Source: a virus. From it: DNA of 64,000 nt. The position numbers were made by a program, and so were the translations under genes. This document shows positions 34,046 through 42,931 of this stretch, piece after piece (positions within the stretch are counted from its first letter, which is position 1; the number at the start of each line of letters is the position of its first letter). The notes beneath the pieces are model-generated. The model saw only the letters and a list, made by a program, of their open reading frames with translations, did not search any database and was not told the DNA's origin. Where the stretch lies: the IMG/VR virus record IMGVR_UViG_3300045135_000898, positions 1 to 64,000 of that record. One strand, written 5' to 3'.

Positions 34046-35101
34046 TTATGACTCCTGTAAATCAATTTCTTCTAAGAAATCTTCAGATAGCTGTGACTTA
34101 TAACCGATGGTGTATTGTTGCTTAATTGCTTCTTTGAACTTTTCGTTCTGAATCAATTTAGAATAGAATTCATTGTCAATTTGATTCGCACGGAGTTTCT
34201 TCTCTTGGATTTCACCGGTTGCAAAATCCATTACTTGGTACCATGAACCACTCTTAACTATAAACCCAAGAGCGAGCGCCAAGTCCAATAGTCCAGAATA
34301 CTGCTCAATACCAGCGTCCCAGCTAACAGAAATAGGAATTTTCGATTTTTCTTTAACATATCGAGATTTTTCTACATTGATTACAAAGTCATAACCTGTA
34401 ACCTCTGTGCCTGTTTTATTCTGACGACGACCAAGGATCCAAATATTATCAGCTGAGTAGTAAATACCTGTACCGCCTGAAACGACAGCTTTAGGAAACA
34501 GACCCATTTCTTGATACGTGTGGTTAATCGCCAATAGTGGAATGTCTTTCATTGCAAGATATGGAGTCGTCATACGGAACAGGCCTTTAAGGGCCTTAGC
34601 ACGCGACATATCAGCAACGGACTTTTCGTTAATAGCATCTTCAAGTTCTTTCTTAGATGCAAGGTTACCAATTGAGTCGATAACAACGATGACTTTTTCG
34701 CCACGCTCGATTGCTTCAAGCTGGTTAATCAAATCAAACTTAAGTTTCTCAACATCAGTGATAGGTGTATGAAGTACTCGTTCGGTCGGAATTCCAAACG
34801 TTTCAAAGTATGCTTGCGGTGAACCAAACTCTGAATCATAAAACAGCATAACTGCTTCAGGATACTTACGAAGATATGCGCCTGCCATGAGTAGAGCAAA
34901 CGATGTCTTAAAGTGTTTAGATGGACCAGCAAGTACAGTCAGACCTGGAGAAAGACCGCCGTCTACGCTGCCTGACAAAGCAACGTTAATCATAGGAACA
35001 TCGGTAGTTACCATGTCCTTATCAGAAAAGAATTTAGACTCAGATAGAATCGCCGTTTGATCGATACGGCTGTTCTTTTTGAGTTTATCCATTAGTCCCA
35101 T
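34046..35101 (-). CDS. uvsX: RecA-like recombinase UvsX
   Basis: AGPSKHFKT, FYDSEFG, IDSIGNLAS, INHTY, SGGTG, KSR. Confidence 0.96.
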   Translation of the reverse strand: MGLMDKLKKNSRIDQTAILSESKFFSDKDMVTTDVPMINVALSGSVDGGLSPGLTVLAGPSKHFKTSFALLMAGAYLRKYPEAVMLFYDSEFGSPQAYFETFGIPTERVLHTPITDVEKLKFDLINQLEAIERGEKVIVVIDSIGNLASKKELEDAINEKSVADMSRAKALKGLFRMTTPYLAMKDIPLLAINHTYQEMGLFPKAVVSGGTGIYYSADNIWILGRRQNKTGTEVTGYDFVINVEKSRYVKEKSKIPISVSWDAGIEQYSGLLDLALALGFIVKSGSWYQVMDFATGEIQEKKLRANQIDNEFYSKLIQNEKFKEAIKQQYTIGYKSQLSEDFLEEIDLQES

Positions 35102-35103
35102 TA

Positions 35104-35430
35104 TTAATCCTCTTTAAATTTTACAATCCACTGGTCTTTATCTGCCCAAGATCCACGGCTGGCAAAAAACGATCCAACCACACCTGGGAAAGTAGCATTC
35201 AGACGATCACGTGGCATGGTCATCTGATATTCAAATAGCTCCTTAGAAGATACAGGCTCGGCGTCGCCTAGTTCAAATGTTTCGCCGGTTTTTGCGTTTT
35301 CCATCACGATGTTTTTTGCTGCAATGGCGTATTGACCACGATCAAGCGTTTTATAAACTGCAGTAGCTTTAAAACCTTTTTCGTGAGTAAGAGTCGAGCC
35401 TACATCGGCTGCAGAGATCGCACGTTTCAT
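35104..35430 (-). CDS. Hypothetical early protein
   Basis: GAGGACTTATATTATG leader, identical to that of the upstream gene. Confidence 0.65.
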   Translation of the reverse strand: MKRAISAADVGSTLTHEKGFKATAVYKTLDRGQYAIAAKNIVMENAKTGETFELGDAEPVSSKELFEYQMTMPRDRLNATFPGVVGSFFASRGSWADKDQWIVKFKED

Positions 35431-35445
35431 AATATAAGTCCTCAA

Positions 35446-35817
35446 TTAAAGAAGCACAGCTTCAACAGATTGGCCTGAGCTATTTTCAAGAGCTACAGCA
35501 AAACGAAATGCAGTTGACGAGTTATTCACTCGAGCAATACCATGATGATTTGATGGTTCCAACGCGTCGCCTTTTGAACAAGCAGTTGCGATAAGAACAG
35601 TTGCACGACCTTTAATCGTAACATATACTCCAGTATTAAGACGATCATTCATACCTAATGCAGGCTTATCGGCAATTACACCAACCACTGAATGCGGTTC
35701 ACGGTCGCTTACCGCCATTAATTCTGCGCTACCGCCACAGCCGACAACAGTACCAACAGGGTATTCTTTGTCTGTTGAATAACGCTCAGCTAAACTGGCA
35801 TTCATTGGATTATTCAT
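35446..35817 (-). CDS. Stand-alone tail-fibre C-terminal chaperone/autocleavage-like (Peptidase_G2-like) domain
   Basis: LAERY..D..Y.VGTVV..GG..E...VVGVI...PA..MN...V...GR...KGD.L pattern. Confidence 0.55.
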   Translation of the reverse strand: MNNPMNASLAERYSTDKEYPVGTVVGCGGSAELMAVSDREPHSVVGVIADKPALGMNDRLNTGVYVTIKGRATVLIATACSKGDALEPSNHHGIARVNNSSTAFRFAVALENSSGQSVEAVLL

Positions 35818-35850
35818 AATATAAGTCCTCTTTGTTTATTTGATAGATCT

Positions 35851-35880
35851 ATTATATCAAAGATAATGACCGATGTAAAC
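35851..35880 (-). promoter_or_regulatory. Early promoter
   Basis: AAAAAAGTTGTTTACA-N17-TATAAT-AGATCTATCAAAT. Confidence 0.8.
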
Positions 35881-35899
35881 AACTTTTTTCACATCGGTC

Positions 35900-35984
35900 A
35901 TAATGTTTCTTATTGTGTATAATGTATACTATACTGAACATTATTACATATTTTCGTCATAATGTTCACTATTCTTAACATTAT
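35900..35984. repeat. Two ATAATGT-N12-ACATTAT inverted repeats plus a half site (operator-like)
   Basis: 35919-35944 and 35959-35984; extra ATAATGTT at 35900. Confidence 0.65.
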
Positions 35985-37189
35985 AAGAAGGCTTCGAGAG
36001 TATTCGTAGCAAGATTGCCAACATCAATCGATTGGCGGTGATTGTTCTGTTTAACGAAGTCAGTTTCAGTCATTGGTAGTTCACCGCGGACAAACTTAAT
36101 TGCTTCTTCAACCATAGATGCAGCAGTGCATACAGGAACGTTCTGAGCAATCATATTCATTTTAGCCAAACCCCCTTGAAGCTCAAAATCATGCGGGAAT
36201 GCCATCATATGTAATGCTTCACGGATATTCAAAGAACGATCTTCTTCAGGGTGTACTGTGTCAGCGAGGTTACGACCAATAACAGCATTCATAGCATCGT
36301 CAAAAATATGCGTTGAGCTATCCCAAATTCCCATACCTTTACTGAACTTCATAATAGCATGGTCAGCAAGCTGTACACCTTTCGTATCACCGGTTTCAGC
36401 AAACCAATCTCGAGCTTCATTAAGCAAACCGGCGCGCTGAATAAACGAAAATGCAGTATTACGACCTGCACCAATTACAACTTCACGAGCATCTTTACCA
36501 AACTTGTGTTCAATAAACTTGAAGTATGATTCACGAGTACCTACACGATCGTTGATAACAAGGTCTTGTTGAATTGCATTTTTAGGAATTTCACGAAGGT
36601 ATTCTTTAAAGTTTTTGCGAGGTTCTTTATACCAATGCATAATTGGTGCTTTGCCGCCTTTCCAAAAAATATAGAAAGTACGATCACGATTTTGAGGTAC
36701 ACCATGAAGAGAAGTAGTTGTCTTGTACAGTGTCATGGCATAGCCGTTTTCACGAGCAATTTCAAGAAGCTTATCAGCAACAGGTTTACCTTTGTTCGTA
36801 TAAAGCGCAGGGGCATTCTCTCCAATGATTACGTCAGCTTTAAACTTTTGCATACCATCGGTAGCCGATTGATACATCCATTTGTTTACTTCGGCATCAG
36901 CGCCTTTTGCTTCTTTACTCTTACCAGTATTAAGCTGAGATAGGCCTGCACAAGGCGGGGTTGCAACGAGAATGTTAACCTTTGGTAGACTTGGAGTTTC
37001 ATCTATAGTAACATACTGTAGACCACTTCGTCCAAGGGTTTCCTTTTGATAGTTAACGTATTGCCCATCGTTTCCGGCAAAACCGTCGTAAGAATAAATG
37101 TTAGTAGGTGGTACGCCTGTGGCCTTTTCAGCGCCTAGAGGTAAACCGCCAATAAGTGGAATTAGCGGTGCCCATGTAATATCGTTCAT
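35981..37189 (-). CDS. C5-cytosine DNA methyltransferase-like protein with atypical motif I
   Basis: TPPCAGLS (motif IV), GENAP (VI), GVPQNRDRTF (VIII), R-x-LNIREA (IX), AQNVP (X); motif I reads IPLIGG. Confidence 0.8.
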   Translation of the reverse strand: MNDITWAPLIPLIGGLPLGAEKATGVPPTNIYSYDGFAGNDGQYVNYQKETLGRSGLQYVTIDETPSLPKVNILVATPPCAGLSQLNTGKSKEAKGADAEVNKWMYQSATDGMQKFKADVIIGENAPALYTNKGKPVADKLLEIARENGYAMTLYKTTTSLHGVPQNRDRTFYIFWKGGKAPIMHWYKEPRKNFKEYLREIPKNAIQQDLVINDRVGTRESYFKFIEHKFGKDAREVVIGAGRNTAFSFIQRAGLLNEARDWFAETGDTKGVQLADHAIMKFSKGMGIWDSSTHIFDDAMNAVIGRNLADTVHPEEDRSLNIREALHMMAFPHDFELQGGLAKMNMIAQNVPVCTAASMVEEAIKFVRGELPMTETDFVKQNNHRQSIDVGNLATNTLEAFL

Positions 37190-37195
37190 AATTAA

Positions 37196-38440
37196 TTATC
37201 CAAAAAAGTCAGTCAAGTCAAAAGTTTCAATTACTTTCTTTTCAAAGTTAGCAAGGACAGGTGGTTCATAACCTTCAATCAATTCCTGCATAACGACTTG
37301 GTTAAGTTGAGTTCCATCGTAGTATTCTGGCTTGCAGAACATATCCTGTAATTCCTGAATAGCTGAATTATATATCTTATCATCTGACAGTGCAGCTACT
37401 GCTTTAGCAAGATCAGCTGGAGTTTCAGGTCGTAACCATTTAGGTACTTTTAGATTATCCTGCTCATCATATGTCGGATGGAAGAAAGGAATAACTCCAG
37501 CATGGATCATTTCCACGTATTTTGAAGTAGTCCAGCCTTTAGCAATTGGGATGATAAATGTTGCCCTAACCGACTTAAGCTTTTCTTGCAAATCTTCAAG
37601 GGCCATAGAACCTTTAAAGCGATCATCTTCCAACGTGGCTTCGTGATCCCATTTTCCGTAGATTTCGACGTCGTCGTTTCCATCAAGTACCCACTCCTTT
37701 AGCATTTTGTATCGTGACGGTGTACCTTCATTTAACACAACCATAAAGTCGGTTAAACGAGTAAAAGCCGGACCTGGGTAAGGAGCTTCAGGTTTACCTC
37801 GACCGTACAAAAAGATTTTTTCCATTTCAGCATACTTCGCAGGCACTTCAGTTTCAACACGAGTTTGATCTGCATAGCTACGAGATGCCGTACGTTTGTA
37901 GTTATATGTATATTGCGAAAGGCTAATCTTAGGATCAACAAAACAGTCTTTGCTTTGCGCAAGAGTGTAGCGTGGATCATTGCAGATTTCAATGACATTC
38001 ATTTCTGGATTTTCATTTAGCCATTTCGTAATAGGCGTAGTGTAGTTACGAGTCATGTCAATAATCGCAACAGTCTTACTAGGATCTCGTTGACCCCAAA
38101 TGCGATCAGGTATTGATACATTACCAACCTGACCCATCATCATAATAAAGTGGTCAGGCTGAAATCCAAGATCATCAAAGTACTTAATTACTCGGTCTTG
38201 GTCAGCTGGACCTTTATGTCCTTCAAATGCATCTTTTACATTATCGTAAGGAAACAGATCAATTCGCTGTTCTTCGGTAAGACGGTTGAAGTCAGATCTA
38301 CCAATGATATGAAAAGTAATATCTGGATTATTATTGGCAAGAATTCGTAACATCGAAGGTGCTTCATTGTCCCCTCCGACTGGACTAAACGCTGTTACGA
38401 ATTTAATTGACTTGCCAAGTTTTGCAAATGCTATATTCAT
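37196..38440 (-). CDS. Putative GT-B DNA glycosyltransferase
   Basis: GG-x-NE N-terminal loop, NDPR, EIYGKW, WTT-x-KY-x-E...GVIPF...YDEQ, reminiscent of T4 beta-glucosyltransferase; gene context. Confidence 0.6.
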   Translation of the reverse strand: MNIAFAKLGKSIKFVTAFSPVGGDNEAPSMLRILANNNPDITFHIIGRSDFNRLTEEQRIDLFPYDNVKDAFEGHKGPADQDRVIKYFDDLGFQPDHFIMMMGQVGNVSIPDRIWGQRDPSKTVAIIDMTRNYTTPITKWLNENPEMNVIEICNDPRYTLAQSKDCFVDPKISLSQYTYNYKRTASRSYADQTRVETEVPAKYAEMEKIFLYGRGKPEAPYPGPAFTRLTDFMVVLNEGTPSRYKMLKEWVLDGNDDVEIYGKWDHEATLEDDRFKGSMALEDLQEKLKSVRATFIIPIAKGWTTSKYVEMIHAGVIPFFHPTYDEQDNLKVPKWLRPETPADLAKAVAALSDDKIYNSAIQELQDMFCKPEYYDGTQLNQVVMQELIEGYEPPVLANFEKKVIETFDLTDFFG

Positions 38441-38790
38441 TTATCTGCCCATTCTATAAATTGTGAAAGGTTCATCGCCTTATCGTCAACATAATAAGTA
38501 GATGAGTACGGTTTACCGAAGATAAGATTATCATACGGTACGTTGTAAGTATTTAGCCAGTCTTCTGTAACAACAAGTACGTCATCTAAGATTTTATTAA
38601 GGTCTCCATTATGAGTCAGCATACGACGAGCTGAACTGATCGTGATATGGAAACCTTCATTCTTAAGTTTATGCATTCTTTCAATAATTGCAGTATTAGG
38701 TCTTGCCAACCCATACTTACGATACGTGGATTTTTCAGAATGATTTGGAAAACAAATTGTATCGTCAAGATCAAACACTATACTCTTCAC
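38437..38790 (-). CDS. HAD-family (EcbF/BcbF-like) sugar phosphatase
   Basis: VFDLDDTIC, SAR, VPYD-x-L-x-FGKP, YVDDKA. Confidence 0.85.
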   Translation of the reverse strand: MKSIVFDLDDTICFPNHSEKSTYRKYGLARPNTAIIERMHKLKNEGFHITISSARRMLTHNGDLNKILDDVLVVTEDWLNTYNVPYDNLIFGKPYSSTYYVDDKAMNLSQFIEWADK

Positions 38791-40264
38791 TAAGGTACTC
38801 CTCTACATAATATTTAAAGCGTGACTGACGTTCAGGGTCGTCGTAATGAAGTGGTATGCAAGTAGCAATCAATAAACAACCTGCATCAATGATTTCTTTA
38901 ACTGGTAAGTTGTACTCTTTAAGCTTACGCACAAAGATGTCTTTAACATACTCGTTATGTTTAACGTTTGCAACCATTGCGCCGTAGCCATGATACAAGT
39001 CATGTGCTAGTTTTGCAAAATCATAAATATGATCGCCTTCAGTACCAACATATGATCCGTACGCTCCTCGTGGGTCAATCAGTTTAATTTGATTCGTTTG
39101 TTGGTTATAAAGAATGTTACCGAAATGAAGATCGCCGTGCATACCTGTAATAGGACGAGTAATGCGATAAGCTGCTTCACTAATTTTCAACAGCTTTTGG
39201 CGATCATTCTCAGTAAACTTAACGTTACGTAAACGCTTAGTCGTTTTCGTTACCCACATGTCTTCAGCTAATTGGTCAAACTCTCGGATGAATACTTCGT
39301 CATCACAAAGTTCATTGAAGTAATTGAGTTTGATTTTAAATACTTTATCTATGATGTATTCCCATGCCGACTCGCTAAGGTTTTCATATAACATTAAGTC
39401 AGAAAGAAGCGTACCACTCTCGTACGACATTACAAGATCATGTTTGGTTTCAAGTACGCGAGGAACGAACATTGATTGTTCAGGAGTAAGCATACGGTAC
39501 CACTTTTTCTCGGTACGAATAGTTTCAACTGAAGTGGCATTATGATAGTCAGGTGACTTACGAACAGTGCCAAGATCAGGATCATACATCATATCATTGA
39601 ACGCACGACTCTTCAAATTCAGTAATTTTGCGCATGTTTCATAATATGTAGGTAAATCGCCGATATCATACCACTTATTGGTCAGAACACGCTCGTATTT
39701 GCCGTAAACTTCAAGGGCATGTGAAATATCGTATTGTTCCACAGTATTAAAGGCGTTTTGGGCAGAAATCCCATTTTTAAATGAATATAGGCCGACTAAA
39801 GCAACCGCATCAGATATCTTATTGGTTGGCTTATTATAATACGCTTCGCCATCCCACATACACCAAGCTGATTGATTATCTACCTCTTTACATAAAAGGA
39901 AGTCAGAACCAAATGGCATATCTTCTTCAAGAATGATTGCGTCGCCTAACCAAACAACGACAGGTTTAGATGGATCCTCAAGAGCATTCATACCGCGAGC
40001 AATCGCATCGCGTGGGCCATCATAATTAGGTTGGTTCGCGAACTTGACATCAGGGTGACGTCTGCTGCAGTATTCACGGATATCGTTAAACTTACCATCA
40101 ACGATTACAATCTCGGCGATATCAGCAGTCTTACGAGCTTGTTCAATAATATAGTCAAGACACGGCTTACCGTTAACGCGAACCATAACTTTGGAAGTGT
40201 TACTAGAAAGCGGACGCAGCCTAGTGGCAGCACCCGCAGCTGGTATGATTAAATTTACAGACAT
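38771..40264 (-). CDS. Sugar nucleotidyltransferase fused to APH/choline-kinase-like phosphotransferase
   Basis: IPAAGAATRLRP..SK (NTP transferase); HGDLHFGNI...LIDPRG...YD-x-AKL (kinase). Confidence 0.88.
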   Translation of the reverse strand: MSVNLIIPAAGAATRLRPLSSNTSKVMVRVNGKPCLDYIIEQARKTADIAEIVIVDGKFNDIREYCSRRHPDVKFANQPNYDGPRDAIARGMNALEDPSKPVVVWLGDAIILEEDMPFGSDFLLCKEVDNQSAWCMWDGEAYYNKPTNKISDAVALVGLYSFKNGISAQNAFNTVEQYDISHALEVYGKYERVLTNKWYDIGDLPTYYETCAKLLNLKSRAFNDMMYDPDLGTVRKSPDYHNATSVETIRTEKKWYRMLTPEQSMFVPRVLETKHDLVMSYESGTLLSDLMLYENLSESAWEYIIDKVFKIKLNYFNELCDDEVFIREFDQLAEDMWVTKTTKRLRNVKFTENDRQKLLKISEAAYRITRPITGMHGDLHFGNILYNQQTNQIKLIDPRGAYGSYVGTEGDHIYDFAKLAHDLYHGYGAMVANVKHNEYVKDIFVRKLKEYNLPVKEIIDAGCLLIATCIPLHYDDPERQSRFKYYVEEYLSEEYSV

Positions 40265-40290
40265 AAGGCATTACTCCAATTCATTTATCC

Positions 40291-40322
40291 ATTATACACT
40301 ATGTATGCCTAAATGTAAATAG
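40291..40322 (-). promoter_or_regulatory. Promoter, CTATTTACA class, heading the sugar-modification operon
   Basis: GCTATTTACA-N17-TATAAT. Confidence 0.7.
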
Positions 40323-40793
40323 CTAAAAGTGATTTAATTCAACAACTTCAAAATCAATGCCAACTTCATTGAACATTGCTTTGGTATCCTCAAACGATAC
40401 TTTCCACTTAACTCCCATTTTATCAAACGATAAAGGAAGCCCAATTACAACTCGCTTAGTTCCTACTTGGATAAGTCCCTTTGCGCATTCAGAGCAAACA
40501 GGTAATCCATAAACGTAAACAGTCGAGCCGTCAAGACTTACGCCGTTATATGTAGCATTATAGATGACATTCTTTTCAGCGTGTACGACATATGTGTATT
40601 TCTCTTCACGATTATTTAGCCTTTCAGAAGAATCATCAATACCACGAGGAAATCCGTTATAGCCTTGCGAAAGAATTCGTTTATTATCGTCTACAGCAAT
40701 GGCGCCGATTTTAGCTGATGGGTCTTTTGACCACATCGCCACTTCTTTAGCCATTGCCATAAAGCGTTCATCCCATTTATTCATTAGTCCCAC
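40323..40793 (-). CDS. cd: dCMP deaminase
   Basis: SKDPS, GYNGFPRG, HAE-x-N, PVCSEC. Confidence 0.9.
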   Translation of the reverse strand: MGLMNKWDERFMAMAKEVAMWSKDPSAKIGAIAVDDNKRILSQGYNGFPRGIDDSSERLNNREEKYTYVVHAEKNVIYNATYNGVSLDGSTVYVYGLPVCSECAKGLIQVGTKRVVIGLPLSFDKMGVKWKVSFEDTKAMFNEVGIDFEVVELNHF

Positions 40794-41470
40794 AACGCCT
40801 CATAATATTTACCAAACAATCGGAAACCGTTACTGATGCGTTCTTGATATGCTTTACGACCTTCCATGTCAATTTCGAATGTATGGTTAGGTCCGTGTTT
40901 CATTTCAAAGTATTGAGCGTCTTCTTTAGCCACTTCATAACCGTCTTCATCGACAGGTGAAAAATAAACGTCATGTTCACCGCTACAGAATTGATCTTCC
41001 CAATCATCATTAAGTTTCGATTCAAAGGCAAAGATCATTTCGCCCATTACCCATTCCCAACGCTTAAAGAATTTGTCATCAGTGGTACCATCTTTCTGGT
41101 ATGCAGTCTCTTCAACCGATGTTGCCCATAGTTCTTCAGGCACATCTTCAGAGTCAACCTGTGGTGCTCCATGTTTAGTCTCTTTAAGTTGCTTCAACAT
41201 TGGCACCATAATATGTGCTAACGTATGGTCCATGCTCCAAGTATCCCACGGATCAAGTTTTACTTTAATCTTCTGCTCACGTTTATCCAAGAAGTAATTA
41301 ATTGGACTATAAAGATTTTGTAAGATATCATCAAACTTATCAAGGAAGCGTTCAAACTTCGTCTGCTTGCTTTCGCTAGGCCAATGACTAAAGCCATACT
41401 TCTTAGTCATATAGTCAGCGTATATTGTTGCTCGTAAACGACTTGGATATGGGCCAATACGTACTTTCAT
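40784..41470 (-). CDS. Conserved hypothetical phage protein
   Basis: DTWSMDHTLA...LFGKYY-x-x-LWD motif. Confidence 0.75.
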   Translation of the reverse strand: MKVRIGPYPSRLRATIYADYMTKKYGFSHWPSESKQTKFERFLDKFDDILQNLYSPINYFLDKREQKIKVKLDPWDTWSMDHTLAHIMVPMLKQLKETKHGAPQVDSEDVPEELWATSVEETAYQKDGTTDDKFFKRWEWVMGEMIFAFESKLNDDWEDQFCSGEHDVYFSPVDEDGYEVAKEDAQYFEMKHGPNHTFEIDMEGRKAYQERISNGFRLFGKYYEALWD

Positions 41471-41471
41471 A

Positions 41472-42182
41472 TTACTCTCCTAGAAGATGGAAGTGGCGAC
41501 TATACACATGTAAATTCTGAACTTGCCAATGGATATCACCTGATGATAACAAAGGACCAAAAGTATCTTCTGCAAAGCTAGCATTGTAATTACTCACCAT
41601 TAAGTCAAGTAAGTAGCGTTGCCAAGCGTAATCATTTTTGTAACCAAAGATTACATCGTTTGATCGCATCTGAACTACACAGTGCATTTTACCGTTGCGG
41701 ATGTAGTATGTAACAGAGTTAGTACAAATGAAGTCAGATTTACCGTTTTCATTATACTCAGTCCAAATTGATGGGCGAGTGTAAATCATCGAGGCGCGAC
41801 GAGAATCAGGATTATTGATTAACTCATACAATGCTTTTTCAAACTGATTAAAGTACTTATTTGAAAACACAAGAGTACCGTAGTTTGAATTAATGTTGCC
41901 ATGATGATCGCCTGTCATTTTCCATGCAGCAGGAGGTTCTTTTTGTCCATGATAAATGTCGTTGATGTTAGTCGACATTGAGAGATACCAATCAATTTCA
42001 GAAGCAACGTACTCTTCATTCACTGTACCAAAGATGGATGGTTCGTCAGCTAGGAAAGATGCACCAAGCATTTCGATAGTCTTACCACCGTTACGATCTT
42101 GTGTAAAACGCTCAGCCGCAAGTTCAGCTTTAAAATATTCGCGGATGTCTTGTACATTCATAATATTACTCTTCCTCTTCAA
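41472..42182 (-). CDS. 42: dCMP hydroxymethylase/hydroxylase (T4 gp42-like, thymidylate-synthase fold)
   Basis: NSNYG, DSRRA, DFICTN catalytic Cys, MRSNDVIFGYKNDYAW (gp42-type Asp), NLHVY. Confidence 0.85.
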   Translation of the reverse strand: MKRKSNIMNVQDIREYFKAELAAERFTQDRNGGKTIEMLGASFLADEPSIFGTVNEEYVASEIDWYLSMSTNINDIYHGQKEPPAAWKMTGDHHGNINSNYGTLVFSNKYFNQFEKALYELINNPDSRRASMIYTRPSIWTEYNENGKSDFICTNSVTYYIRNGKMHCVVQMRSNDVIFGYKNDYAWQRYLLDLMVSNYNASFAEDTFGPLLSSGDIHWQVQNLHVYSRHFHLLGE

Positions 42183-42348
42183 TTACAAGATTGCCTGGGA
42201 TATGATATCCGCATGCTCGTAAGAATTCAGCATATGCTTCTAACATATGATCAAGATTTGCTTCATCAGCCAATTCCATTTTTACAGAATTCACTGCAGT
42301 ATACGGAGAATGCATTTCTGGTCTTTTGTAAATTAGTTTAAATGGCAT
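42166..42348 (-). CDS. Small hypothetical protein
   Basis: ORF track; FLRACGY motif. Confidence 0.6.
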   Translation of the reverse strand: MPFKLIYKRPEMHSPYTAVNSVKMELADEANLDHMLEAYAEFLRACGYHIPGNLVIEEEE

Positions 42349-42659
42349 TACATATCTCCGTAAAAACGATCGTCTTGTTCAGGGCCTTCGAGAGTCTGGA
42401 TTTTAAGGATCATAAGCTGAGTGATGGCATGATCAAGATGAGGTAAGCCAGATTCTGGATCATTGTCTTCACCAGCCCAGAATGCATTAAGATGACGCTG
42501 TGCCGATGAGTAAGTACGGCCAAATGAAGTATTGCCAACATCGTGGCGCCAATTGTTTTCACCGTACTTTTCAGCGCCAAATCCTAGAACGCGGGCTACT
42601 GCCATGATACATTCTGCAGGGATTAGGTGAATAGGCGCTTTGCCGTTATCATATTTCAT
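42348..42659 (-). CDS. dATP/dGTP diphosphohydrolase-like (DUF5664-type) protein
   Basis: KYD-x-GK, GA-x-KYG-x-x-NW, RHL, GED-x-DPESGLPHL-x-HA. Confidence 0.85.
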   Translation of the reverse strand: MKYDNGKAPIHLIPAECIMAVARVLGFGAEKYGENNWRHDVGNTSFGRTYSSAQRHLNAFWAGEDNDPESGLPHLDHAITQLMILKIQTLEGPEQDDRFYGDM

Positions 42660-42847
42660 ACTTTTACCTTTTCAAATTTACGACGTGATTTATAAAATGC
42701 GAGTGGCTTTTTAAACTCAACAAGTTCGTTTGTACCTTCTTTTATATAGCCTGTAAGCTTGCCAGCTTGGTTAAGAAAGTAAATGTGCTCAGGGTAACGA
42801 AAACCATCAGCAGTACCAGTAATTTCTTTTAGACCTTCCATAAACAA
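42656..42847 (-). CDS. Small hypothetical protein
   Basis: ORF track; RBS and promoter upstream. Confidence 0.6.
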   Translation of the reverse strand: MFMEGLKEITGTADGFRYPEHIYFLNQAGKLTGYIKEGTNELVEFKKPLAFYKSRRKFEKVKV

Positions 42848-42870
42848 AAACTCCTCGATTTGATATAGCT

Positions 42871-42902
42871 ATTATACCAAAACCGAGGACTACTGTAAAT
42901 AG
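42871..42902 (-). promoter_or_regulatory. Promoter, CTATTTACA class
   Basis: GCTATTTACA-N17-TATAAT-AGCTATATCAAAT. Confidence 0.8.
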
Positions 42903-42931
42903 CTTTTTTAGAATAATTTGTTATAACCATA

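Noticed and set aside
41472-42182. Ordinary ThyA thymidylate synthase
   Set aside because: Carries gp42-type motifs (DFICTN, NDYAW with Asp), and ThyX is present
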